Below, one piece after another: positions 1 through 8,275 of a DNA stretch of 64,000 nt (the first letter of the stretch is position 1; each line of letters opens with the position of its first letter). Below the pieces are notes generated by a model that saw only the letters and a list, made by a program, of their open reading frames with translations, ran no database searches and had not been told where the DNA came from. The position numbers and the translations under genes were made by a program. Source of the DNA: a virus; IMG/VR virus record IMGVR_UViG_3300028601_000032, positions 7,238 to 71,237 of that record. The stretch is one strand, 5' to 3'.

Positions 1-37
1 AAGCCGAAGTCACTTGATATTGCAGATGTTGCCATGT

Positions 38-1051
38 TTAGACCCTCCCCAGCCTAGCGTCCCATTCCTGTTTCATGGACCCGTAATTTTCAGGCGGTTC
101 AGTGGACTCGGCTGAACTTCCAACACCCTTAGACGCCGAGACCTTCATGATTGCAGCTATACTTTTGATCTGCTCGATAGTCGGATTAGTTGCGAGATAT
201 TTCCCCGCGGCCTCTTCGCTCATTACAGTTTTGAGTTCAGCTTTTGCAGAATCGAGTTCAGCTTTTGCTTTGAATTCAGCGTCCCGCTTTGCACGGTCTT
301 CAGAGATGGCAATTTCAATCCTCTGAGCTTCTCCAGATTCGAGTTCACTGTATTTTGTTTTCCAGGAAGCAAGTTCAGTCTCCAATGTTTTCTTTTCACT
401 TTCAAGAGTCTGAATCTGACTCCTGAGCTCAACCTTTTCCAGGGCGATACTTTCATACGCCTCTGTGCTGATGGCGGATGAACCGCCTCCGGTTTTTTCT
501 GACATAACAAAATCCTCTGTAGGATATTTTGATTGTAAAATCGAAGCAAGATCCGGCCTGATCCCAACACCCGTTTCCTGATTTGCAGCAGGTGTATAGG
601 GACTCGTCACAATAGTGACACCAGTGCCAAAACCGCGTATTACATCACTAGAATTCTTCGCGAATTTTACCGGGATACATTCTTGCGAAAGTCCCTGGTA
701 ATCTTCCGAATAGATAAGGCTCTGAACCCAATCTGGTAAGCCTGAAAAAGAGCAGATAACAAGATCAGTTTCCTTGTCGTAGGTAGGATTATAGAGGGTA
801 GCTTTTACCCAATCGTGATTATTTTCGTGATTAATTGATACTTCCCCGCCTTCCCATGTAGGAAAGTCTTTGCTGAGAAAATCTTTTGTTAGGGTTGCCT
901 CTTCACCCCATAAGGAATAGGCTTTTTGTCCGGCTTTGGCTATTGCCATGCGGATGTCTCCGTTTTCGAGTTTTTCAGGAGCAAAGGAGCGTAAGGGTTC
1001 GGTGATGTAATGTTTAGGAGGATCAGAAGTACAACTAATTGTTGCCGACAT
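38..1051 (-). CDS. Probable prohead protease/scaffold protein
   Basis: N-terminal globular domain with GEVSINH motif (DUF2213/Mu gpI-like), then a long coiled coil typical of scaffolds; capsid gene expected downstream, outside the window. Confidence 0.5.
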   Translation of the reverse strand: MSATISCTSDPPKHYITEPLRSFAPEKLENGDIRMAIAKAGQKAYSLWGEEATLTKDFLSKDFPTWEGGEVSINHENNHDWVKATLYNPTYDKETDLVICSFSGLPDWVQSLIYSEDYQGLSQECIPVKFAKNSSDVIRGFGTGVTIVTSPYTPAANQETGVGIRPDLASILQSKYPTEDFVMSEKTGGGSSAISTEAYESIALEKVELRSQIQTLESEKKTLETELASWKTKYSELESGEAQRIEIAISEDRAKRDAEFKAKAELDSAKAELKTVMSEEAAGKYLATNPTIEQIKSIAAIMKVSASKGVGSSAESTEPPENYGSMKQEWDARLGRV

Positions 1052-1094
1052 AGTTAAAAAAAAGTCAAGTAGATATAAAAGGGAAAATCAAAAA

Positions 1095-1145
1095 GTCAAT
1101 TACCCCCCACTAAAGTAGAGGGCCTGTAACTAACTTACAATTGTT
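1095..1145 (+). repeat. Hairpin resembling the left end/omegaRNA 5' domain of IscB-type IS200/IS605 elements (remnant)
   Basis: gtcaattaccccccactaaagtagagggcctgt resembles the GTCAACTACCCC..CTAAAG..GGGCTTG start pattern; no associated ORF. Confidence 0.3.
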
Positions 1146-1217
1146 AACGCTATTAACTGTTATAAAATCAACTGTATAATATTCTGAATATGAAAAAAGG
1201 ATAAGCTCAAAAAAGGT

Positions 1218-1290
1218 ATCTCTCTATATCTCTCTATTATATTATACTTATACGTATTAGTATAATTATTAATTAGAGATATAGATAGAT
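1218..1290. repeat. Imperfect 16-bp inverted repeat around an AT-rich spacer
   Basis: atctctctatatctct (1218-1233) and agagatatagatagat (1275-1290), 1 mismatch. Confidence 0.7.
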
Positions 1291-1409
1291 CGTTTTTTGG
1301 AGTGGAAATATAGGTAATTTAAAAAAGAGAAGTACAAAATCTAACTAATTCTAAGCCCCAACATTAAACGATCTATACAAGCCTAATGCAATCCCCTTGA
1401 TGGCGTGAA

Positions 1410-1751
1410 TTAAAGCTTATCTGTGACAAGATGTGAAGCCACCGGAAACACTCCACCCAACACCCAAGCACCTAAGAAATAATACTCAACTCCAAACAGG
1501 ACAATCCAAAATAGAGGGTTATGCAGGGTTTTACGATGCCCGAAGAGTTTGTTTATAATCCAGCCTATCAAGCCTAATCTTTTTGTTGCTCTTGAATGGG
1601 TGTCTACGTCAGGCGTGAAATAGTAAGTATTCCAGATCCATTTTGAGATAAATAAAAGTGAGAATATAATAGACGCTCTGTAATACCCTAATAAAAAGAG
1701 AGTAGGAAATAGAGCAATGAGGTTAAGGGTTTCATGCTGTTTTCCGTTCAT
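1410..1751 (-). CDS. Membrane-bound metal-binding protein (DUF2227-like)
   Basis: Motifs H(6), PDVD, HRxxxH and HLVTD with hydrophobic helices. Confidence 0.6.
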   Translation of the reverse strand: MNGKQHETLNLIALFPTLFLLGYYRASIIFSLLFISKWIWNTYYFTPDVDTHSRATKRLGLIGWIINKLFGHRKTLHNPLFWIVLFGVEYYFLGAWVLGGVFPVASHLVTDKL

Positions 1752-2101
1752 TCATCCTCTGGAAGTTCAAAAATCGACCAAACAATCGCGCCTCTTGGTG
1801 GTTTGTAAGAGATAGGTGTCTCAAATTCAACAGGTCTTCTCAAATGCCAGAAACATGTTTTCCCCTCTTGATAATACTCTGATGGTGCTAAATGTTCATT
1901 TTTGTATATTTCATATTCAATATCATCATTGCAGCGAGAAGATGCAACAATCTCAACTGTGCCTATTATTTTTTGTTCTGGGCTTGTTGCGTAGATAGCA
2001 ATTCTTTCTCGGATTCGTGTCTCTCTACTTCGTACTTCTATTGTTTTTTTACCATCTATAATGTTATGGGCATATTTTGGTTTTACCGCTAAAACTCTCA
2101 T
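1748..2101 (-). CDS. ASCH-domain protein
   Basis: VKPKYAHNIIDGKKTIEVRS fits the ASCH GxKxxExR motif. Confidence 0.85.
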   Translation of the reverse strand: MRVLAVKPKYAHNIIDGKKTIEVRSRETRIRERIAIYATSPEQKIIGTVEIVASSRCNDDIEYEIYKNEHLAPSEYYQEGKTCFWHLRRPVEFETPISYKPPRGAIVWSIFELPEDE

Positions 2102-2292
2102 TTATTCACCCACCGCCCAAGCTTTTCATTGTAGGCATATCCTTCCTTTTCAGCGCCCCCCCTGAGAAATGCCATTTCTTCATCCAGCACGTTTAAGACG
2201 GTTTTGTACTCTTCTATTTTCTTTTCGTAGTAGAGGACTTCTACTGAGTAGTTCTCCCACCACCGATTTAATTCAGATAGATCCATTTCCAC
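2098..2292 (-). CDS. Hypothetical protein
   Basis: ORF overlapping the next gene in an operon-like run. Confidence 0.55.
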   Translation of the reverse strand: MEMDLSELNRWWENYSVEVLYYEKKIEEYKTVLNVLDEEMAFLRGGAEKEGYAYNEKLGRWVNK

Positions 2293-2403
2293 CCTCCTTC
2301 GGGCAGTTCTCTTTTCTGCAAGCTATCCCATACTTCTTACATTGTCCCTCGTAAGTGTCGAAATCCGGGCATGATGGGTTGTAAGTGTTTTCGTTTTCCC
2401 AGG

Positions 2404-2685
2404 TCATTGTGTTGCGCCTTCTTGGTCTTCTACACTATCAAGTTCATAATCTACCTCGCCAATAAGTACAGCATATTCGTCAGGTAGATCTGCGAATCCG
2501 TCCATCTGTGAGAGTGTCACCCCTCGTAATAAATTATATGTGATGTGTTCCACGATTTCGGACGGTGTTTCTAAGTTATAAAACATGGATCTCCATTCGT
2601 CGTCTACTTGCTCGAAAACGGCAGGATTTATTTTAAGAGTCGTTGAAACCATGAAGGTTACATTTATTTTGTAATCGGCTGACAT
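2404..2685 (-). CDS. Hypothetical acidic protein
   Basis: ORF with upstream RBS-like sequence in a co-directional cluster. Confidence 0.6.
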   Translation of the reverse strand: MSADYKINVTFMVSTTLKINPAVFEQVDDEWRSMFYNLETPSEIVEHITYNLLRGVTLSQMDGFADLPDEYAVLIGEVDYELDSVEDQEGATQ

Positions 2686-2688
2686 GGT

Positions 2689-2838
2689 TTACACCCTCGC
2701 AATAGCAGACGAAACTGTATCCAGCTTAACAGTCTTCCCGCAAGTCGGGCATTCTTGCGCCCATGTATCGGCAGTTACCGCCGTGTTTCCATCGACGGTT
2801 ATTATTTTTCTGGTCCCACATGAACATGGATAGTACAT
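2689..2838 (-). CDS. Small zinc-ribbon protein (49 aa, not in ORF track)
   Basis: Hand translation MYYPCSCGTRK...QECPTCGKTVK: CxC and CPxCG pairs. Confidence 0.55.
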   Translation of the reverse strand: MYYPCSCGTRKIITVDGNTAVTADTWAQECPTCGKTVKLDTVSSAIARV

Positions 2839-2856
2839 GTTATAGAGATGCATGTT

Positions 2857-3174
2857 TTAGTCCTCCTGCCTTTCCTTACCCTCATCAAATTCCTTCAATG
2901 CCTTTATAATCCGATCATGCCCAAAAGTCCCACACTTCGGTATTATCTGCATATGTCCACTTTCGAGTTTTGCAGGATCGAATCTTGTAGGCTCTTGTGT
3001 CATAAATCCAATCTGTTCAGGTTCATTTTTAGGAGGTCTGGAAGTGTGAAGCATTATCCTCATGAATTCCTCGACTTTCTCAGCGTGTTCTTCGCATAAT
3101 TTATCATAGTTTGGAAGATCTTTGTATTCCTTGCTTGTTTCTTTTACTGCTGCTAGAATGAAGTCGTCTACCAT
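2857..3174 (-). CDS. Hypothetical protein
   Basis: ORF with GGAGATGA RBS-like sequence. Confidence 0.6.
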   Translation of the reverse strand: MVDDFILAAVKETSKEYKDLPNYDKLCEEHAEKVEEFMRIMLHTSRPPKNEPEQIGFMTQEPTRFDPAKLESGHMQIIPKCGTFGHDRIIKALKEFDEGKERQED

Positions 3175-3292
3175 GTTATCTCATCTCCTCCATCGTCAAC
3201 TGCGTTTCCACATTCTTCAGGCAATGTATGACAATCTATTCCTGCATCACATTCTTTTCCCGTTACTGAGCAAATTATTAACGAAGAGTCTT

Positions 3293-3490
3293 TCATTTCA
3301 TCCACTTCCTCTTTAACATCTTTAGTTTCTCCGTTTGCGGTTCTTCGTCAAATATTAATATCCTGTCTAAATCGTCATCCTGATCCAGCAACGTCTTAAA
3401 AGCCGAATCCGCATCATCATCGCTTGTCCCTTTTTTACCAAGTCTTTTTAAATTGTTTTGATCGAGTCTTACCTGTTTTTTTACTGCCAT
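3293..3490 (-). CDS. Small putative DNA-binding regulator (ribbon-helix-helix-like)
   Basis: KKQVRLD strand followed by helices; divergent promoter upstream. Confidence 0.35.
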   Translation of the reverse strand: MAVKKQVRLDQNNLKRLGKKGTSDDDADSAFKTLLDQDDDLDRILIFDEEPQTEKLKMLKRKWMK

Positions 3491-3624
3491 GTTCTGTTAC
3501 TATGTAACTTCATATATATATAGTTTATCTACCGGTTGTTACAGCGTAACTGTTATATACTTAAAAGCCCTATACTAAGTATCAGAAAAGCGCGGGAAAT
3601 GCGCTGAGAAACAAGGTGAAAATA

Positions 3625-3786
3625 ATGGTACAAAAATATGAACTCTATACACTGACCGATCTGAACGGAAACAAATGGAATGTAATGGAAGTCCTCGAAT
3701 CAATGGCAGAGGACGAAATTGATACTGTTTGCAGAAAATACGGAATAGACGACTTGCGCTGGAAATGCGCGAAGGAAACAATTTAA
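3625..3786 (+). CDS. Small hypothetical protein (53 aa, not in ORF track)
   Basis: AGGTGA RBS, ATG at 3625, TAA at 3784-3786. Confidence 0.55.
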   Translation: MVQKYELYTLTDLNGNKWNVMEVLESMAEDEIDTVCRKYGIDDLRWKCAKETI

Positions 3787-3831
3787 AAATACTAGAAAAA
3801 ACGGGACTAAGATAACAAAGGAGAAAGAACA

Positions 3832-4626
3832 ATGACCACCGAACAAATTGAAACCATTAGAAAAGCACTCGAACAGAAATACGACTTTCCGTATTACTCG
3901 CTTATCCGAGTCCATACTCGCCACAATGGAACATTCCACATCCCTGCCCCAATGTTCAACGGGATGTCAAAAAGAGCAGTATGGGCTGGGAACCTGCCAA
4001 TTGCTCAGGATAAGAGGGATGGAAAATATTACGAATGTCCTTTCTGTGGGGAAACTTCGTTTTTCTCTGGGGTCTGTCAGGACTGCAAACGAGATTATGA
4101 AGTGTGGGAAGAAGACGAAGACGGCGATTTCGGAAATGATGGTCAATGGGTAGACGGACCACTGCCGCTTGAGTATAGAAACCACGAAGCTGTGAAAACT
4201 GCTGTGAAAGAAGAGTTTCTCAGGAGACTTGATTCAGGTCTTGAACTCGGAATAATTTCCGCAGAAATCGTTCTTTCAGATGGTCCGCATGACCACTGCG
4301 AAACCCAATCACCCTTCCTGAAGAGAAGGGAATACAGAGCAGAAGAAGCACTCAATTATATAGATCGCGTCATAAGATCCTACGCTCGTCATCAGGAACG
4401 GGAAGAGTATGAGAAAGTGATCCGAGAGTATGTCCCGGCTGATGGTATCCCCATCGATTACATAGAAGGGAATGTAATCGAAGTTGAAGGCACGGATGAA
4501 AAGAGGAGATACGTGGATGATATGTGGCAGCATATGCACGGAGATTATTGTTATTGGCATCCTATGGGACGAGTTCACAAGGAAAGAAAGATCTACCCGC
4601 TTTGTGAACCTTCAAATGAGGTATAA
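3832..4626 (+). CDS. Hypothetical zinc-finger protein
   Basis: CPFCG and CQDC pairs. Confidence 0.65.
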   Translation: MTTEQIETIRKALEQKYDFPYYSLIRVHTRHNGTFHIPAPMFNGMSKRAVWAGNLPIAQDKRDGKYYECPFCGETSFFSGVCQDCKRDYEVWEEDEDGDFGNDGQWVDGPLPLEYRNHEAVKTAVKEEFLRRLDSGLELGIISAEIVLSDGPHDHCETQSPFLKRREYRAEEALNYIDRVIRSYARHQEREEYEKVIREYVPADGIPIDYIEGNVIEVEGTDEKRRYVDDMWQHMHGDYCYWHPMGRVHKERKIYPLCEPSNEV

Positions 4627-4652
4627 CATAAGATAACACAGGAGAAATAGAT

Positions 4653-4850
4653 ATGACAACAAAATCTTTTGAAATGATAGAATCAATTCCCTTAAAACTT
4701 ACAGAGAGAAAAAACATTCTCGGAAACAGAGTAATTTTTGAGCCTGAGATATTAGGGCTTATAGATGATGTCAAAGAATCAGAAATGAGAGTTACCACCG
4801 AGTCACTGAAAAGGCAGCACGAAAGGGAGATCAAGGGGCTGAAAGTATGA
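4653..4850 (+). CDS. Hypothetical protein
   Basis: RBS GGAG; stop overlaps the next start. Confidence 0.55.
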   Translation: MTTKSFEMIESIPLKLTERKNILGNRVIFEPEILGLIDDVKESEMRVTTESLKRQHEREIKGLKV

Positions 4851-5284
4851 CTCTTCTTAGCTTTTCAGATCCTAAACACGTCTCGCGAATTCTCTCGGGG
4901 GAAAAAGCGCAGACTACAAGGAAGCCACGTAAATATCCAATTAAAGCAGGGGGCACTCTTCAGGTCTATTTCAGGTCAAGGATGAAAAAGGACTGCGTAA
5001 ACTGTATTTTTGGACAATGTCCCGCTTCAGTTCAAACACATACACATGCTTTTCGAGGGCAGGTCTGCGCTCAACATCAAAATTTCTTCGGGACAGCGAA
5101 AGTAATAAAAGTAGAAGACTTCGATCCGCATCTATTAAGTCAATTTGCGCTTGAAGCATGGGCGAAAGCTGACGGATTTGAAAGCTTCGAGGAAGCCGAC
5201 GAATGGTTTGCAAAAGTTCACGGCCAGGACTGGACTTCGCAACCATGGGATATAATTTATTTTGAAGGGGACTGGTTAAAATAA
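4847..5284 (+). CDS. ASCH-like protein
   Basis: ILSGEKAQTTRK N-terminal motif and C-terminal AKADGFESF. Confidence 0.7.
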   Translation: MTLLSFSDPKHVSRILSGEKAQTTRKPRKYPIKAGGTLQVYFRSRMKKDCVNCIFGQCPASVQTHTHAFRGQVCAQHQNFFGTAKVIKVEDFDPHLLSQFALEAWAKADGFESFEEADEWFAKVHGQDWTSQPWDIIYFEGDWLK

Positions 5285-5406
5285 GAATTACCTCGGGGAG
5301 TGCGGATGCACAGCGGGAAGACCCATTCCTTTAGGGAGGGGAGAACGTCAATGCGGATTTTATGACTTGCGCGGGAAATGCGCGAAGGAATCGAGGTGAA
5401 AATAAA

Positions 5407-5742
5407 ATGTTACCTCTCATTTTAGGTTTAATGTGTGGTGCAAAACCCAAAGAAATCTCACGTTTAATGGACGAAACAACGAAACGACACCAGGAAGCAG
5501 CCGAAGAATTACGCAAAAAGGAAGAAGCAAAGAAAGCACAGATTGAATATGAACGTGAAAAGTTCGAGGCTGTTATTGATGAGGTTTACGAGGAACTTGA
5601 AAAGTATGAATGTTTAGTTGGATCTGAAAACATGCAGGAACGGCTGTTGGATGAGCTTGATAATGTGTGTTATAAGATGAAGATAGACAGGGTAGAATTC
5701 TTTGAGATGTTTTTGAAAGGATTGAGAGAAAATTACGATTGA
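5407..5742 (+). CDS. Hypothetical coiled-coil protein (start corrected to ATG 5407)
   Basis: GAGGTGA RBS just upstream of the in-frame ATG at 5407. Confidence 0.6.
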   Translation: MLPLILGLMCGAKPKEISRLMDETTKRHQEAAEELRKKEEAKKAQIEYEREKFEAVIDEVYEELEKYECLVGSENMQERLLDELDNVCYKMKIDRVEFFEMFLKGLRENYD

Positions 5743-5973
5743 AGGAGGAATAAAAACAATGGTACAGAAAATATTGAACTTGACACAACATGCAGCGACC
5801 CCCGAACAGATCGTAGTAAGGAAAGTACAGGTATTCAGGCACGCCGGATTTGTAGAGGTGTGAAAATGACCTCTAAAAACTTTATAGAATGGGTACTAAC
5901 AATACTGATAGTTTTCACACTAACTCTGACAATATACATATTAATGGAAATATATATATGGGGGGTATAATTA

Positions 5974-6273
5974 ATGTCATCTTACCGCCCATCGTCAGCT
6001 ATAAAATGGCCTGATAGACTCGGGCCAATCAAAATACCAATCTCGGGAAATGATATCATAGAATACAAAACCCCCAACAACGTCGGACAACTTCAAGCAG
6101 CTTCATTTTCAGGGAAAACAGGCATTGTAATCAGAGGAAAAAAAGAGAAAGCAGACGAAATAATAATAAGTCCAACTGATGAAGTTTGGACTGTTACATT
6201 TACCCCTCGCGGCGTGATGCCGTCTGTGGGGGTTTATAATGAGGTTATCACAATTATTATAAAACCATTGTAA
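5974..6273 (+). CDS. Hypothetical protein
   Basis: ORF track only. Confidence 0.5.
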   Translation: MSSYRPSSAIKWPDRLGPIKIPISGNDIIEYKTPNNVGQLQAASFSGKTGIVIRGKKEKADEIIISPTDEVWTVTFTPRGVMPSVGVYNEVITIIIKPL

Positions 6274-6275
6274 TA

Positions 6276-6307
6276 ATGCCCTAAAAGTATATATACTTTT
6301 AGGGCAT
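6276..6307. promoter_or_regulatory. Perfect 32-bp palindrome centred on a TATA box
   Basis: atgccctaaaagtatatatacttttagggcat equals its own reverse complement; about 50 bp upstream of the 6361 gene. Confidence 0.8.
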
Positions 6308-6360
6308 ATAGTATATTGTAGTAAGGGCATAAGGCCCTAATAAGAAGGAGGAAAAGACAA

Positions 6361-6942
6361 ATGATAAACCTTACAAAACTAGGAAAAGTAACAAAAACGT
6401 GGTGCAAAGACGGAAAACACAGAATGTATGTCAATGATCTATGTACATTAATTGGAATAGACCCAAAACATTTAAAAAGCGGAGAAGAGGGGAGAATTGC
6501 AAGAGAACTCGTGGCTGCCAAACTCTGGTACGATGTTGTAGCCGATGAATGGGTGAGCCAGGGGATAGGGCAGGCTAGAAAAGAACAACTCGTGGCAGAA
6601 ATACTGAAACAAACTGGAGCTGAAGAAGTTGATGAAGAAGTTGAACATGAAACAGTTGAAGAACTAGAAACCATAGAAGAAACTGAAGCTCCTGAATTCA
6701 CCGCAACAAGACCAAAAGATTCACCAATTGCAATAATCAACAGAATGCCAGAAAATAATGAAGACCTTGAAGCACTTTTCAAAGCTGAGAAAATAACAGA
6801 ATTCAAATCAAAAGTACTTTACCTGAATGGTGCGCTCCAAGTAGGGCGGATACATAATATACACTTCGACAAAGCAAAATATAAAGAAATATTCATGAAC
6901 TATCTTCTCGAAGAAAAGGAAAACAGTAATAAGAGGGCTTGA
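6361..6942 (+). CDS. Hypothetical protein with acidic linker
   Basis: GGAGG RBS; EEVDEEVEHETVEELE linker. Confidence 0.7.
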   Translation: MINLTKLGKVTKTWCKDGKHRMYVNDLCTLIGIDPKHLKSGEEGRIARELVAAKLWYDVVADEWVSQGIGQARKEQLVAEILKQTGAEEVDEEVEHETVEELETIEETEAPEFTATRPKDSPIAIINRMPENNEDLEALFKAEKITEFKSKVLYLNGALQVGRIHNIHFDKAKYKEIFMNYLLEEKENSNKRA

Positions 6943-7068
6943 AATGGCATTAGAACATATCCTGATAAAAGAAGATCAAAAAACCTGCTGGAAATGCGGG
7001 CAACCAAACCCAGGACACTCTTATCCATCCGAGCGCGGGGAGAAGAGAGTGTTTTTTGATAGAAAGGT

Positions 7069-7284
7069 GTGAGATACATGAACAATGAAAAAAGTATAAT
7101 ATCCAGAATAAAATCACATTTCTTTGATAAAATTTCATTATACGTATATGCTTACATAATATCAATATACATCGCAATATCACTGACTCAAAACGTTTAC
7201 ATTCATGCTACAGTGATATTGTTTTTTGCTTTAATTCCGATCAGGATCGTGTATAAAGATATAAAAGAGCACATGAAAAAATGA
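7069..7284 (+). CDS. Small two-TM membrane protein
   Basis: Two hydrophobic segments. Confidence 0.5.
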   Translation: MRYMNNEKSIISRIKSHFFDKISLYVYAYIISIYIAISLTQNVYIHATVILFFALIPIRIVYKDIKEHMKK

Positions 7285-7295
7285 AGAAAAAGATA

Positions 7296-7733
7296 TTAAT
7301 ATAATTCATTTTTTAATTTTATCATTTCAGTTAAATCCGGTTCCCCTCCTTCATAACAGATAACAACTACATTTGCAGCCTCATTGAGATATTCTCTGTA
7401 ATCCCGAATTACCTCTTTTTGAGATTCATCAAGAGTGTTATATCCATATTCTGTATCAAGCCTTTCGCTTTTGATCGTTGCCATAACACTCTCGCATAAC
7501 TGTTTATATTCAAGAGCGGTTAATGCACCCTGCTGTATCATAACCTCATTTACCGCATTTTCGACCTGATTCGATCTGTACTGTATATCTAATGCGAACT
7601 GGTCCCCGGTAGCATCTTCTTCAGCCACGAATGCAACTTCTTGATTCGAAGTTGAATACAGTGCCCCAAGTGCCATTACTGCAAATACGGCAAGCAGAAC
7701 CTTGATTTTAGCTGATTCTACGATTGTAATCAT
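7296..7733 (-). CDS. N-terminally anchored or secreted protein
   Basis: Hydrophobic N-terminal helix; last gene of the VirB4 operon. Confidence 0.6.
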   Translation of the reverse strand: MITIVESAKIKVLLAVFAVMALGALYSTSNQEVAFVAEEDATGDQFALDIQYRSNQVENAVNEVMIQQGALTALEYKQLCESVMATIKSERLDTEYGYNTLDESQKEVIRDYREYLNEAANVVVICYEGGEPDLTEMIKLKNELY

Positions 7734-8275
7734 AATTTATCATCCCTCTTTATAAACACCTTAACATATTTATTTTTATTAGTTTTTCCAAGCCACACGT
7801 CTCCACTTTTCTGAACTACAACTGGATCGCCCACATGTGCCTTTAATCTTGATTTCCTTATTTCAGTATAAATCGTTGATGGAAGCAGGATATAATGTTT
7901 GCATGTTTCTAATTCATATTCATTATCTGAAACAAAGACCCTGATTTCCTTCCCATAATTGAGTTCATTTACATGTATCCTCCCCCTTGAATCGGTTTTT
8001 CTATTTATTTCAATGGGTTTCCATATTTTAGAATTCACGTACCCCCCGTCTTCGTTTTCAATATTATTCATATTTGTTATAGAGTTAGACATATTGATAT
8101 ATTTATCTGAGTTAGACGTTTCAGTAATAATGGAGTCATAAGACCCAAAATCATGAAGCCCGGAGGGATTCATGCTAAATGCCATGCTATAAGTGACCGT
8201 ATGCCGCAGGCTATAGGGAACTGTATGCATGGCTGTCTGTCCTGAAATATTATTGAGGGACAGTGCCGGCAACAT
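7730..8275 (-). CDS. Protein with two DUF2080/AbrB-like repeats
   Basis: RKTDSRGRIHV..GKEIRVFV and VQKSGDVWLG..KYVKVFIK; true start may be downstream of 8275. Confidence 0.4.
   Translation of the reverse strand: MLPALSLNNISGQTAMHTVPYSLRHTVTYSMAFSMNPSGLHDFGSYDSIITETSNSDKYINMSNSITNMNNIENEDGGYVNSKIWKPIEINRKTDSRGRIHVNELNYGKEIRVFVSDNEYELETCKHYILLPSTIYTEIRKSRLKAHVGDPVVVQKSGDVWLGKTNKNKYVKVFIKRDDKL

Noticed and set aside
5705-5716. 12-nt match to the predicted TnpB guide
   Set aside because: Short, low-complexity, and TAM unknown; compatible with chance.
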